Shown: positions 24,301 through 36,067 of the stretch, piece by piece
How the letters are laid out: each line of letters starts with the position of its first letter
Numbering within the stretch: the stretch's first letter is position 1
Assembly: GCA_043228905.1 (NCBI GenBank)
Contig: JBHGNT010000004.1
Coordinates: 4,340,001 to 4,404,000 of the forward strand
Length of the DNA stretch: 64,000 bases
Reading direction: 5' to 3'
Source of the DNA: Azolla caroliniana
Lineage: Eukaryota > Plantae > Polypodiophyta
The notes under the pieces: model-generated
What the model was told of the DNA's origin: nothing
The model's database searches: none
The model's input: only the letters and a program-made list of their open reading frames with translations
Position numbers and translations under genes: made by a program

Positions 24301-25588
24301 ACAAGCCGGATTTTTAGAAAGGGCTATCAAGGCATGGGGCCGCGATAGTCCGGATAACCGGAAAGCTCCCCACACCTGTACAATAGGTAGGAAAGTTTTG
24401 TTCTTTGATAACGGAGGATGTACCATAGTCAACATCAATGGCCGAGAAAGAAAACGGGCCAAGATACGCTTGAAGGCATGCAGAGCCTTGAGCAGCGATG
24501 AAGGAATTGGGGAAGCCGCGGAGGCGGTCTCGTTCTATGACACCCTAGGGGAAATCAGGAAGGTAGTCGAGGGAGGTCTAAGCGAAGACCGAGTCATACC
24601 GGTCAACTCGATCGACATGTATGAAGTCATTGCAGACTTCGAAAGAGGAACCCGGGCGCATCGGATCGCCCGTGTAGACACGAAATACAAGACTGTGGAC
24701 CGGAAGGTGAAGCCCGTCGCGGCCCCCTTGCCGGAGGGCAGCTGGGAACGAATAAAAGGGGTCGCTACCAACCCCAGCTTGCGGGATCCGGCCGGCATAG
24801 GGCATCGTTTCACTGACAAAACGCTATGAGAGCTTCAAGATCGGTCGGGGTGGCTTCCTACTACCGGTGGAAGAGGATCGGTTCAGAAGGATGCTCGAAA
24901 GGCACGGGAAGGCCTTCGCATTCTCACCAGGGGAGATCGGGTGCGTCGACTCGACCATCGTCGAGCCAATGGTAATCTTTACGGTGCCACACGTACCATG
25001 GAGCCTCAAGCCAATCCAAGTACCGAGGGCTCACATGCCCATGCTAATGGAGCTCCTTAAACAGAAGGTAGAGCTGGGCATCCTCAAACCGTCCAATGCC
25101 CCCTATTCTAACCGGTGGTTTACGGTACCGAAGAAGAACGGTACGCTGTGGTTCATCCAGAACTTACAACCGGTCAACAAAGTGACCATCTGGATCACTC
25201 CGGTCTACATCACGGTGGACACCAGCCCGATCGAGATTGGATGGATTGTAAATCAAGAGGACGAAGATGGCACGCGCTTCCTTATCCGGTTCGGTGCGAA
25301 GGTATTGAGTGAGCGACAACGAGGGTACGCCCAAGTCTAGCGTGAGCTGTGGAGTATCGTTTCGGTGGTTAAGGTCGACAAAGATTACCTAATCGGGGCG
25401 GAGGTAATTATAGAAACGGATTGCTTGCCGATTCTCGGTATGGTCTCCGGATGCGCGACTCTCGACCTGGGCATGCTCAGGTGGATTGCGTACATCAAGT
25501 CCCTGAACCCGGAGATATGACACATCTCAAGTAAAGACAACGCCATGGCCCACATGCTTTCCAGAGCAAGATTCGAGGACGAGGACAG

Positions 25589-28500
25589 TGTCGTAGTGTG
25601 AATCACACACTACGTGAAATATGTAAAATACTATATCCGATTTAAAGTACGTATAATAAATAAAATAAAATATTAAAAATATTTATTACATGCATAGGGC
25701 AAGATTCAAAACCTGTACCTCCACGTAGACAAACCCCAACCTTACCATTGTATTAACTTATCTTAAGTGTTTTAAATATAGATTTAATACATAAAAGACC
25801 TTTATTTACGCCTACCTTTATTAAAAGGTAAGTCATGCATTTTTTAGAATGCATGAATAATTTATTTATAAGAAAAATGTATACCAATAAAAAATGACTC
25901 GTGCACATCTAGCGAGCATGAGCACTATATTTAGGAAATAAGAGCATAGTGTAAAAAGGCAACTCATGCACATTTAGTGTGCATGAACACTTTAGAAAAA
26001 GCATGAAGCTATGCTTAGCCTCTTCCATCCTTATATAAGGAGGAGAGAAAGATGTATGGGGAGTTGTTGCTTATTTTACAAGGGTGGATTAATATAATAT
26101 AATCATGGGATTCATGAATTTGCTAACTATTTTTCTCTCTTAATCTGAGTACTCACTAATACACTATACTCGTGGGATTCACGAGTTTTTCATATCTTTC
26201 TTCCTTACAACATATTTCATATTCTTCATTGCCTTAGAATTTTCTTTTCTCCTAGTCCAAAACCTCAGCGGTTCCCACCCGACTCACGCAACGATCCGGC
26301 GCCGAAAGGCCAGACACAAGCGGTGAACCTGACGTGAAAACGGGTGGCAAGGAGATGGAAAATCAACCGAAGGCTAACAATATGATGATGATGTTTGAGC
26401 GGATGCTTCAAGAACAACGTGCGATGTTGGAGATAGCAGCAGCAGTAGAGCGGCTCGTGCAACGGATAGGGCAATTCAACGGAAAGGATGTATCACACTA
26501 TCTTTGGGACTACACGGTGGAAATGCTACGATGCGGGATTTCAGAAGGACTGCAAGTGACAGCCTTCAACCGGGTGGCTACCGACGGGCTTCAAGCAAGT
26601 ATCCACGGGCTACGACAACAAAATCCGACGTGGGAAGCGTTTGAAGAGGCACTAAAGACCATGTTCGCTATCCAGGACTCCTCCAAGGCAATGCGGAGAG
26701 GATTCGAGGATTGGGTGGAAACACTAGACAAGGGGATGAAGGTCCTCGATGTGTTTTCGGCATTCGAAAGTTGGTTTGGGAGGTTGTCTGCGAGAGATCA
26801 AGCTATCCTCGCACCAGACAAAGTTATCATGTTCTTACGAGCTGTACACGTCCGGGACCGGAAGTATCTTGGAGTGCTTCTAGAGGACACGACTACCGAG
26901 AGTGGCCTCACCGAAACAAGGGAAAGCGTGCGGGATATCGTCGCGCGATACACAAAGAGGGGCCAATGGCTTGCCAACGAAGAAAAGAGGGTTTCGGAAC
27001 CGATTCCGAAACCGAGATCCGGATCGGAAAACCATCAACCGCGGGCTCGGGAAGCTACGACCGAGAAGGGAATCGACGCAACTACGGTGGAGTAGTTGCT
27101 GAAGGAGATGGAGAATTTAAAAATCGCGATGGTGAAGAAGTTAGATAACCGTCCCACAAGTTCCAAGTATACAGACCGTCGGTGCATATGGTGCAATAGC
27201 ACCGAACATGATCGGAGGGATTGCGACGAGCACAAGGAAGCGCAATGGCGAGATCTTATCTACTATGAGGGAAATCGGATTCATTCAATGGACTCTCAGA
27301 AGCCGCTCTGACCGAACTTTCGAAAAGGCGGCATGAAGAAGGTCCTAGAGGAGGAAATAGCGGCAAATAGCAATTACGCGACAACCGCGGGAATACGTGT
27401 CGGGGAGTCATTGGGAGCAAATATGTCTTTTTGGCCAGAAGTGCTAGAAAACACCGAGAAAACCGACTCCAACGAGATCCGAAGCACTGCGGAAGGCATC
27501 CAGGAAGCTACGGGATGGGAGTGCCCCGTAGATACGAATAGCGTACATGCGCTATGTCAATTGCATGAAGTGTATGTGGATGAAAAACAACGGCGCACGG
27601 ATGATGCAGCCGAACCTTCAAATACACCGGAAAGCTGGAACTCCGGAGGCAAGGGAAAAGAAAAGGCGATTCCGGCATTCAAGCTCGCCTCAGACATCGC
27701 ACAACAAACAGAATTGAAAAAGGTGTTCGAAGAGAGAATCCTCGATAGCCGGGTAGAATTTTCACTTCGGGAATTACTCGGAATAGCAAAGAAGGAGTTC
27801 CATGATCTTCTTGTGGATCTCGTAAAAAGAAAAAGACAAACTACAGAGGAAAATGCGCCGATGGTGAATGCAAATACCGTTCTGATGAACAACACCGAAG
27901 TGGAGGACGAGATTCCAAATTCCCACTATACAAAGCCACACTGGGCGCGTACAACTACAGAGACTCCGGTCCGAATCGGTAACATCAAAGAGCCCGTGCT
28001 AGCATTGATTGATCATGGATCGGAGATCAATTTGATGTCCAAAGAGTTCTACTGGATCGAAACGGATTGTCTTCCGATACTTAGGATGATGTGGTGTTGC
28101 ACGATACCGGATGTGGCTATGCTCAGGTGGATTGCATATGTTAAGTCACTTAATCCGGAGGTACGACACATCTCCGGAAAAGACAATGCGATAGCAGATA
28201 TGTTGTCAAGGGTGCGGTTCGGAGATGACATAACTGAATCCGATAATGAAGAAGTTTCTGAAGACTACTTTGCTTCGGAGCACATATGTCGGGTAAACGT
28301 AATCCGAGAATTCCAAGAAGAAGAATACGAGGGAGAAAGCTTGCTGATCAGGAAAGTGCTACAAAAATCGAGGAATCATTGGACAATAAAGAGAAGAGAG
28401 CCGAGATCCGAAGTAAGAAGCGGCAAGTCCGAAAGTTCTTCTTGAAAAATGGATTAATATGGAGGGAGCCGAAAAGACCGGATGGCATACCACTTCGGGT

Positions 28501-30462
28501 AGTTGGGACGAAAGAGCAACAAAACTGGATAATGTTCGAATTTCACGAATCCGATTGGGCTGAACATCGAGGAACATGGGCAACTTTTGTGAAAATCAAA
28601 CAAAAGTATTGGTGGAAGAACATGTACAAAGATATAGCGGAGTTCATGGAAAGCTGCGAGAAGTGTCAAATCTACTCCGGAGTTCGACACCAAGATGAGT
28701 TACATCCAACATTCTCACCGACAATCAACTTCAAATGGATGGTCGATATTGTAGCCATGCCAACCGGGATTGGACAAAAGAAGTACTTGGTGTTAGCTCG
28801 AGAAGATCTCACAAACCAAGTAGAAGGTCGGGCGCTACGAAGGAAAACGTGTTCTGCGGTATGCCGATTCCTTTTGGAAGAAGTGTTTTGCAGGTATGGG
28901 TGCTTAGGACAAGTGATTGCGGATCAAGAACTTGACTCTAATAAAGCTAAGGAATTCTTCACCAAACATGGAGTTCGGTTAACACTAACAACGGCAGACA
29001 ATCCGGAGGCCAACGGGAAAATCGAACGAGGACATAGTCAGATCGTTAAAGCACTTGCAAAGGCATGCGATGGAAGGGTGAAGAATTGGCCGCAGATGCT
29101 TCCGTATGCACTATGGGCGGATCGGACGACATATAGCTCCGTAACCGGTTATATGTCGGCAGAACTCATGACCGGACAAGCACCGGTAATGCCAACGGAA
29201 ACCGCGATCACGACATGGACAGTGCTACCGTGGAAGGAAGAGATGAGCCAGGAAGAACTACTAGCGGTCCGGATACGACAACTAGAGGGAAGACCGGAAG
29301 ACATAGCGGAAGCAATACGCCGACAACAAGAAGCGCGATTCCGTAATAAAAGCCGGTTTGACACAAAGCACTGACTATGACCGCGGAAGATTAAAGAAGG
29401 AGATTGGGTGATTGTCTACGACAATAGTTTGGATCATCAACATACAACGATGCGGAAGTTCGCAAAAAGGTGGTTCGGGCCATACGAGGTTCGAAAAGTT
29501 TTCGACAACGGAACTTACCGGCTATGTGAGTTGGATGGAACGATGCTACGAGTGCCTATAGTCGGGAAACGGGTGAAGATTTTCCAGAAGCAGACTGATG
29601 AAGAACCCTATGTGATCCTAGATAAGACCGGCAAGGAGGAGCAATTGGACGAAGAACGCGGTGATGCGGAAAGCGAAGAAAGTGGATTACAACTCATAGT
29701 CGACTTAAGGGGAGAATCAGAGGAAGCTTCAGATGAAGGTGAATAGCAAGCATGGGGGACTTTGGCACATACCGGAGGATGCGCAGGTTCGGAGGGGGTG
29801 AGTGTCATAGTGTGAATCACACACTACGTGAAATATGTAAAATACTATATCCGATTTAAAGTACGTATAATAAATAAAATAAAATATTAAAAATATTTAT
29901 TACGTGCATAGGGCAAGATTCAAACCCTGTACCTCTAGGTAGACAAATCCCAACCTTACCATTGTACCAACTTATAAGTCATGCATTTTTTAGAATGCAT
30001 GAATACTTTATTTATAAGAAAAATGTACACCAATAAAAAATGACTCGTGCACATCTAGCGAGCATGAGCACTATATTTAGGAAATAAAAGCATAGTGTAA
30101 AAAGGCAACTCATGCACATTTAGTGTGCATGAACACTTTAGAAAAAGCATGAAGCTATGCTTAGCCTCTTCCATCCTTATATAAGGAGGAGAGAAAGATG
30201 TATGGGGGGTTGTTGCTTATTTTACAAGGGTGGATTAATATAATATAATCGTGGGATTCACGAATTTGCTAACTATTTTTCTCTCTTAATCTGAGTACTC
30301 ACTAATACACTATACTCGTGGGATTCACAAGTTTTTCATATCTTTCTTCCTTACAACATATTTCATATTCTTCATTGCCTTAGAATTTTCTTTTCTCCGA
30401 GTCCAAAACCTCAGCGGTTCCCACCCGACTCACGCAACGATCCGGCGCCGAAAGGCCCGACA
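25589..30462 (+). mobile_element. Trp-family Ty3/gypsy with a deletion from PR to RNase H
   Basis: LTRs 25589-26316 and 29803-30462; TSD ACAG/ACGG; degenerate PBS 26321-26338; gag and INT close to 14837-22369; junction KEFY|WIETDC at ~28053. Confidence 0.92.
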
Positions 30463-32950
30463 ACGGCATGGTATCGGAGAACGAAGAAGTCAGCGCAGAC
30501 TTCTTCAAATCGGCAAGGATGAGGATAAAAGAGCAAAGCGCCCCGCCTGTGAATGAGTTCGACGAAGATGGCTACGACGAGGAGTGGCTCCTAATCGGGA
30601 TATTTCTGAAGACAATGACGACGGACGCTACGATGACTAAGGAGGAGGTCGGGCAGCTCCGAAAGAGGGCATATCGATATTTCCTATGGAACAGGAAAAT
30701 CTGGAGGGTCCCGAAAAAGCGAAACGACGCGCCACTCCGGGTAATAACGTGGGCAGATGACCAACAAAAGCAAAAGTTGGAGTTCCACGAGAGCCCTTGG
30801 TCTAGACACCGGGGTACGTGGGTTACATTCGAGAAATTAAAGGAAAAATACTGGTGGACAGGCATGTACAAGAGCGTGCACGACTTCGTGTCCACATGCG
30901 AAAGTTGCCAGATGCACTTGGTGGTTCGACACCGCGACGAACTACACCCGACTTATCCTTCGACCGTGCACTGCAAGTGGATGGTTGACTTAGTCACGAT
31001 GCCGATGGGCGAAGGGCAGAAGTGATGCCTAGTGCTAGCTAGAGAGGACCTTACCAACTAGGTAGAGGGGCGAGCACTAACGAACAAGACCACCGCGTCA
31101 GTATGTAAGTTTCTGATCGAGGATGTCATATGCTGATACGGATGCGTGGGAAAAATCGTGGTTCACTGAGGAGAGCTAGACGCGGAAGAGGCCGAGGAAC
31201 TGTTCGATTGGTTAGGCGTGAAACTGTCCCTCACGACGGCGTAAAACCCGGAGGCAAACGGAAAGATCGAACGGGGCCATGGTCCGATCGTAAAAGCCAT
31301 TGTACGCGCGTGCGGAGGTCGAGTCAGCAATTGGCCGAGGATGCTCCCATACGCGTTGTGGGCGGACAAAACCACCCATAGTTCGGTGACTGGGTACAAG
31401 TCGGCGGAACTAATGTACGAACAGAAACCCATCATGCTCGTTGAGAGAACGATCGCCTCGTGAACGGCAATCGATTGGTCTAACGAAATGAGCAGAGAAG
31501 AGCAACTAGCGGCACGAATCCGGCAACTCGAGCGAAGACCGGAAGACGTGGAGCAAGCCATGGCAAGGGTGAAAGAGGTGCAGATCCGAAACAAAGCCCA
31601 GTTCGACTGAACACACCGACTCCGCCCAAGGAAGATCGAGGAAGGTGATTGGGTGCTAGTCTACGATAGCAGCCTCGAGAACCAGCATAGGTCTACACGC
31701 AAGTTTACGAAGCGTTGGTTCGAACCGTACATAGTAAGTAGCGTCAACGACAACGCGACGTATCATCTCACAGAGCTCGACGGGACACGAGTAGCGACTC
31801 TGGTGGTTGGGAAGCGAATAAAAGCCTTCAAGAGACGGAACGGAGCATAACCTAACCCGGGAGCAAAAAACGCCAGTTCAGGAGAGGATGACGAGTAACC
31901 GATGGCCCGGAATCCCTCACTAAATTCTCAATTCGGCACATACCGGAGGATGTGCGGATTAGTGGGGGTGGATGTCGTGAAGATTCCGGTCCATAAGCGG
32001 AAACAACATGAAACGCGCAGGAACACCGGTATACACGAGTGCATGGCTCGAGGGAATTACGTAGGATAAGTACTAGGCATGAGTATAAGGAGGGGATACT
32101 AGGTAGTCAGAGCATTAAAGAAAATATAGACATCGCATAAGTAGGGAGAGTTACGAGGAGAGAATCTAGGACAAAAGGTGACGGGTCATGAATGCTTGTA
32201 ACGGTCGCTCCTTGTTCTATAAAAGGGGTGACCTTTGGCTATCTTCGGGGTGCCATCGAGAGGAAAGGATACACAGAGAAAGACCGAGGACTAATCATGG
32301 AAGAAGGCGCTTGCCCTGCTCGCGATAGACGCCTGAGTGCTCTCGATCGGGGATCGACCTTCTGCGCACTGACATCTCTTTGTACCTGGCTATTTGCCAA
32401 GCTCCGCACTCATTCATCGGCTCTGATCCGGCTGTAACCACTCACAGCATCGTGCACCTGTGTTTTAATAGAACTCGTTCTACCTAACATACTTTGTTCT
32501 CAGTGTCTTTTTTTTTCCGTGTCTGTGTCTACATGTAACTCAGCCGGACAAGGCCTAACACAAGGTGTCACGGAGACACTTCACCAAAGGGTGATTACGG
32601 CATAGGATTAAGATTCAACGATTACACCGACTTACGTAGGTTACACGATTAGATTGCTTTGGTTAATTACACGCGTAAGATATAACAGTGATTACAGAAC
32701 GGAAATCAAGACAGAAGTATAAACATCATAAGCTCTATTAATTATCCGCTGTGATTACAATGGGGTCCGGGCCTTTAAATAGGTTTCCGGCCCGTAGTAC
32801 AAAACGGTGCCTCTCGCACCTATTCGGAATCCGTCCGGATCTGGAACGACATACCGTTTCCAGTCCGTCCGTCCACACTATGCTTATTACAACCATACTT
32901 AATTAGTTCCTTCACTCCGTATTTTGGACTCCTTGCCGGCCGGTAACACA

Positions 32951-32967
32951 TGGCACGCCCGTGGGAC
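32951..32967 (+). promoter_or_regulatory. Inverted PBS-like site (tRNA-Arg(UCU)-like) at the PPT position; copies at 39499-39515 and 9104-9120
   Basis: TGGCACGCCCGTGGGAC lies 2 nt from the LTR terminus TAACA; no purine tract on the coding strand. Confidence 0.65.
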
Positions 32968-33000
32968 AGTACCTTGTACGTCGAACCCTTCTCGGCCCCT

Positions 33001-36000
33001 TCATTGTTCACCCAAATTGTCCAAAATACTTTGTTCAAGAATTTCCCCTTGTTCTTCCGGTTGTGGTTGCTGCGGCTGTGCTTGCTGCTGCTGCTGTGGT
33101 TGCGGTTGGGACTGAGGCTGCTCCGGCTGCTCTGCTTGCTGCTGCTGCTCCGTTTGTTTCGCTGACTCCGGCTGCTCCGTTTGTCTCTCTGGCTCCGGCA
33201 TCTCCGTTTGACTGCTTCCGGTCCGGTCTCCTTCCAGTAACGGTTCCTCATCACTGAGGTTGACCGTAACTGGTTCTCGTTCTTTCTCTCCCCGGATCCG
33301 GGACCTCTCGTAGCTTTCAAACTGGATCTGCGCCTCCAGCCTGTCGTCGTCCAGCTGAGCTACAAGTTGCCGGACTTGCTCTAGTTGGTCTTCTGCCAAG
33401 GCTTGAAAGTCTTCGGCCAGCTCATCTCTTATGCCGGTGAAGTCTTCAGAATTCAGCATATAGCAATCATCTCCCTCCTTCCGCCGGTTCTCTACGTCAG
33501 CCCGGAGCAATTGGAGTTCCGCCGCGTTCGTGGCCCACTTGGTCCACCATTTGACGGACCCGTTGTCAATCAAGCTCTTGGTCTGGTTCAACCAGGCCCG
33601 CATTATATCCTGGATGCGACTTGCTCCCATTTGCGCTCTGCTTTCCACCACTTGTCGCTCCTCCTTCAACTGCTTGATGAGATTTGCCGTATCCTCCGCC
33701 TGCTCTCTGTAGCGCGTCAGCTGCCCTTGATATGTCGTTTGCAGCCTCTGCAGTACCTCCGCCGCTCTTTCTTTTTCCGCCTGCTGTTGCCTGAGGAGCT
33801 CTGTCTGAACCTTCTCCGCCTCTTCCAACCGTCTTCTGTTTTCCGCTTGTTCCTTGGCGAATGCGGTTGCGGTCCGATCAACTGCTTGCCGGAGCTCATC
33901 CGTCCGTTCCTTGTGCTCCGTTTGCAACCGTTTATACTCCCGGTGCAAGTTCTCAAATTCCTCTGTTTTTTGTTTGAGCTTGCCGTTGATCTGGCGATGG
34001 TTCCGGTCCTCCCGGTCCTTTACCTGCCGGAGTTCCTCTTTCAGGCGCTCTACTTCTGTTTCGGCGTTTCTCCGGAGTCTCTCCTTCTCTTGCAGCATTT
34101 TCTCCTTCTCCTCCTTGAGCCGGTCGTACGCTTGGTGGCCTTTTCGTAAGCTCTCCTCGGCCCGCCGTAGATTCTCAGCAGTCTTTTTGAGTTCTGCCTC
34201 CGCTGCCGTCTTCAATTCTCTTTCGCGGCTCCTCAGCGCTTCTTGGGCAGCTAGCTCATCCTTTAAATCCGCAAGCTCTTGGGCTTGTGCCGCATTTCTC
34301 TCCGGAACGGTTTCCGTTGCCGGGGTCTGATTGCTATGTACAGGTTGATCTGCCGCTTTATTCTGTACATTGCCCGGAGTCACCGGTGCTTGGACTTGTG
34401 TTGTCACAGCCACTTGAGCCATTTCCCTTGTGACCCTGTCCAAGTCTTGTTCAAGGCTCCGGATTCTGGACCGGGCCGTCTCTAGATCTACGGTTGTGAC
34501 GAGCAACCGTTCCTGGTGCGCTCTCTCTTCCGCCTCTATATACTCGACCACTCCGGCGATTTGCTCGCCTACCCACCGTAGCCACATGCTACTGGTGCCT
34601 TGTTGCTTTACTGGTCGGGTCGGCTCATTCACTGTGGAATTGTCTGGCCTGATTGCCTGCATATGCCGTTCTGGTTCTACTCCATGGCCGTCGTGTGTTC
34701 TGGCTGGGCTCGCCGGCTGTTGAGTCCCGGTTCTCGCCGTCTCCGGAGCCGTTGGAATGACTTCTTCTATAGAAGTCGACAAGACCGGTTCCCTACGCAC
34801 CGGTTCCGGTTCCTCCCTTGTGGTTTGCTCAGGTTGAGTTGGGGGCGTTTCTGCCTCTCGCGGGTACGACCGCTCCCCTCCTGTCTCGGCGGTCCTACTT
34901 CTTGACCGTCGTTGGAGGTGCTCTTCTGGCTCCTCCGTTTCCTCTTCCTGTGTCACGGCATGTTTATGTGCCGTCAAGGGTTCCGGTTCCTTCTGTCCTG
35001 GTCTCCGTATGGTTATCTTGACGGGTCGGATCGGTGACACCTCCTCCGGTTCTGGGACCCGTTTCTTCCCTTTCGTCGCCTTCGACGCCAGCAGCTGCTG
35101 TCGTTTGGACGCCGGCTTCGAGGTGCTTCCTTCCGATACTCTTGGCCGCTTCTTTGGCTGGGCGGTCTCGACCGGCGGCACGAGCAATGTTATCCACTGA
35201 GCTACGGCGTGCCACAGCTTCCGGCCCTCCTTGCCGTCCTTTCCTCGTACCATGTCGATTGCCGTGCACAAACCGTCTGCAATCAACACCGGCCAGTCCA
35301 CCTTGACCCCTTCATAGGTGGCTATGATCATCCCTGCCCGATTTTTTGGCATGACAGGGGGTCGGGGGTACACGTGACCGTACTCATGGAGCACTCGAGC
35401 TATCTCCCTGAATAGCGGATCTTCGCCGCCCTGCGTCCGATAGCCTTTGCCGGCAACAGAGTACTCACCGAAATATCGGATGAGTTGCTCCGAGGTTGGG
35501 TTATTGATCTGAAAGATTCCTCCCTCCGGAAGGCCTGTCAGCGCGCGGATCGCTTCCTCGGTGATGACCTCTGTGGCGAGCTCCTTGATGACCCGGTCGG
35601 CTTCTCTGTACGGCGGTGCCTCCATGATGGCCAAGAACCCCTCCAGTCCGTGTTGCCTGAACCATTTCCTGGCCGCTTCCGACAGCGTTTGTGGTTCCAT
35701 GTCTGCTTCAAGGTCGAGGGAAGATGGCGAAGTAGAGTGGTGATGAGAGTGAGAGCGAGAGAGAGAGCGTTCTGAGCGCGGGGGTTCTCTGCGTGCAGGT
35801 TCGCGTTTGCTCAGCTTCCACTGCCTTGGTGCTTCTGTGCTTCTTGGCTCGCGAAATGAAAAGGTCTCCATGCGTTCTGCTTCTTCTTTGTGCGTTTTGG
35901 CGCCTTTTTCGAGCATGCACACGTCGTGTACCAATTTAGTATTAAGTAGCGTGGCGGTTCTTAAATGCCCACTACGTACCTTTTCGCGCCTTGCTTTCAC
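33001..36000 (-). CDS. Extra ORF downstream of pol: globular N-terminal domain, Pro/Glu linker, long coiled coil, Gln-rich tail (first ATG 35916)
   Basis: Uninterrupted ~1000-codon frame; conserved in the sister copy at 9156-10352. Confidence 0.85.
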   Translation of the reverse strand: MKARREKVRSGHLRTATLLNTKLVHDVCMLEKGAKTHKEEAERMETFSFREPRSTEAPRQWKLSKREPARREPPRSERSLSRSHSHHHSTSPSSLDLEADMEPQTLSEAARKWFRQHGLEGFLAIMEAPPYREADRVIKELATEVITEEAIRALTGLPEGGIFQINNPTSEQLIRYFGEYSVAGKGYRTQGGEDPLFREIARVLHEYGHVYPRPPVMPKNRAGMIIATYEGVKVDWPVLIADGLCTAIDMVRGKDGKEGRKLWHAVAQWITLLVPPVETAQPKKRPRVSEGSTSKPASKRQQLLASKATKGKKRVPEPEEVSPIRPVKITIRRPGQKEPEPLTAHKHAVTQEEETEEPEEHLQRRSRSRTAETGGERSYPREAETPPTQPEQTTREEPEPVRREPVLSTSIEEVIPTAPETARTGTQQPASPARTHDGHGVEPERHMQAIRPDNSTVNEPTRPVKQQGTSSMWLRWVGEQIAGVVEYIEAEERAHQERLLVTTVDLETARSRIRSLEQDLDRVTREMAQVAVTTQVQAPVTPGNVQNKAADQPVHSNQTPATETVPERNAAQAQELADLKDELAAQEALRSRERELKTAAEAELKKTAENLRRAEESLRKGHQAYDRLKEEKEKMLQEKERLRRNAETEVERLKEELRQVKDREDRNHRQINGKLKQKTEEFENLHREYKRLQTEHKERTDELRQAVDRTATAFAKEQAENRRRLEEAEKVQTELLRQQQAEKERAAEVLQRLQTTYQGQLTRYREQAEDTANLIKQLKEERQVVESRAQMGASRIQDIMRAWLNQTKSLIDNGSVKWWTKWATNAAELQLLRADVENRRKEGDDCYMLNSEDFTGIRDELAEDFQALAEDQLEQVRQLVAQLDDDRLEAQIQFESYERSRIRGEKEREPVTVNLSDEEPLLEGDRTGSSQTEMPEPERQTEQPESAKQTEQQQQAEQPEQPQSQPQPQQQQQAQPQQPQPEEQGEILEQSILDNLGEQ

Positions 36001-36067
36001 GTCCGTTCATACCTCGATTTTTAATGTTTTTTTTTTTTTTTTTTTTTTTTAATGACGGTGCGTGACC

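Noticed and set aside
28045-28065. RT deletions as spliced-out introns
   Set aside because: Junctions lack GT-AG boundaries and the 5' breakpoints differ between copies.
33001-36000. Retroviral envelope gene or captured host myosin/SMC gene
   Set aside because: No signal peptide, transmembrane segment or ATPase motif is visible; coiled-coil composition alone is not evidence of homology.
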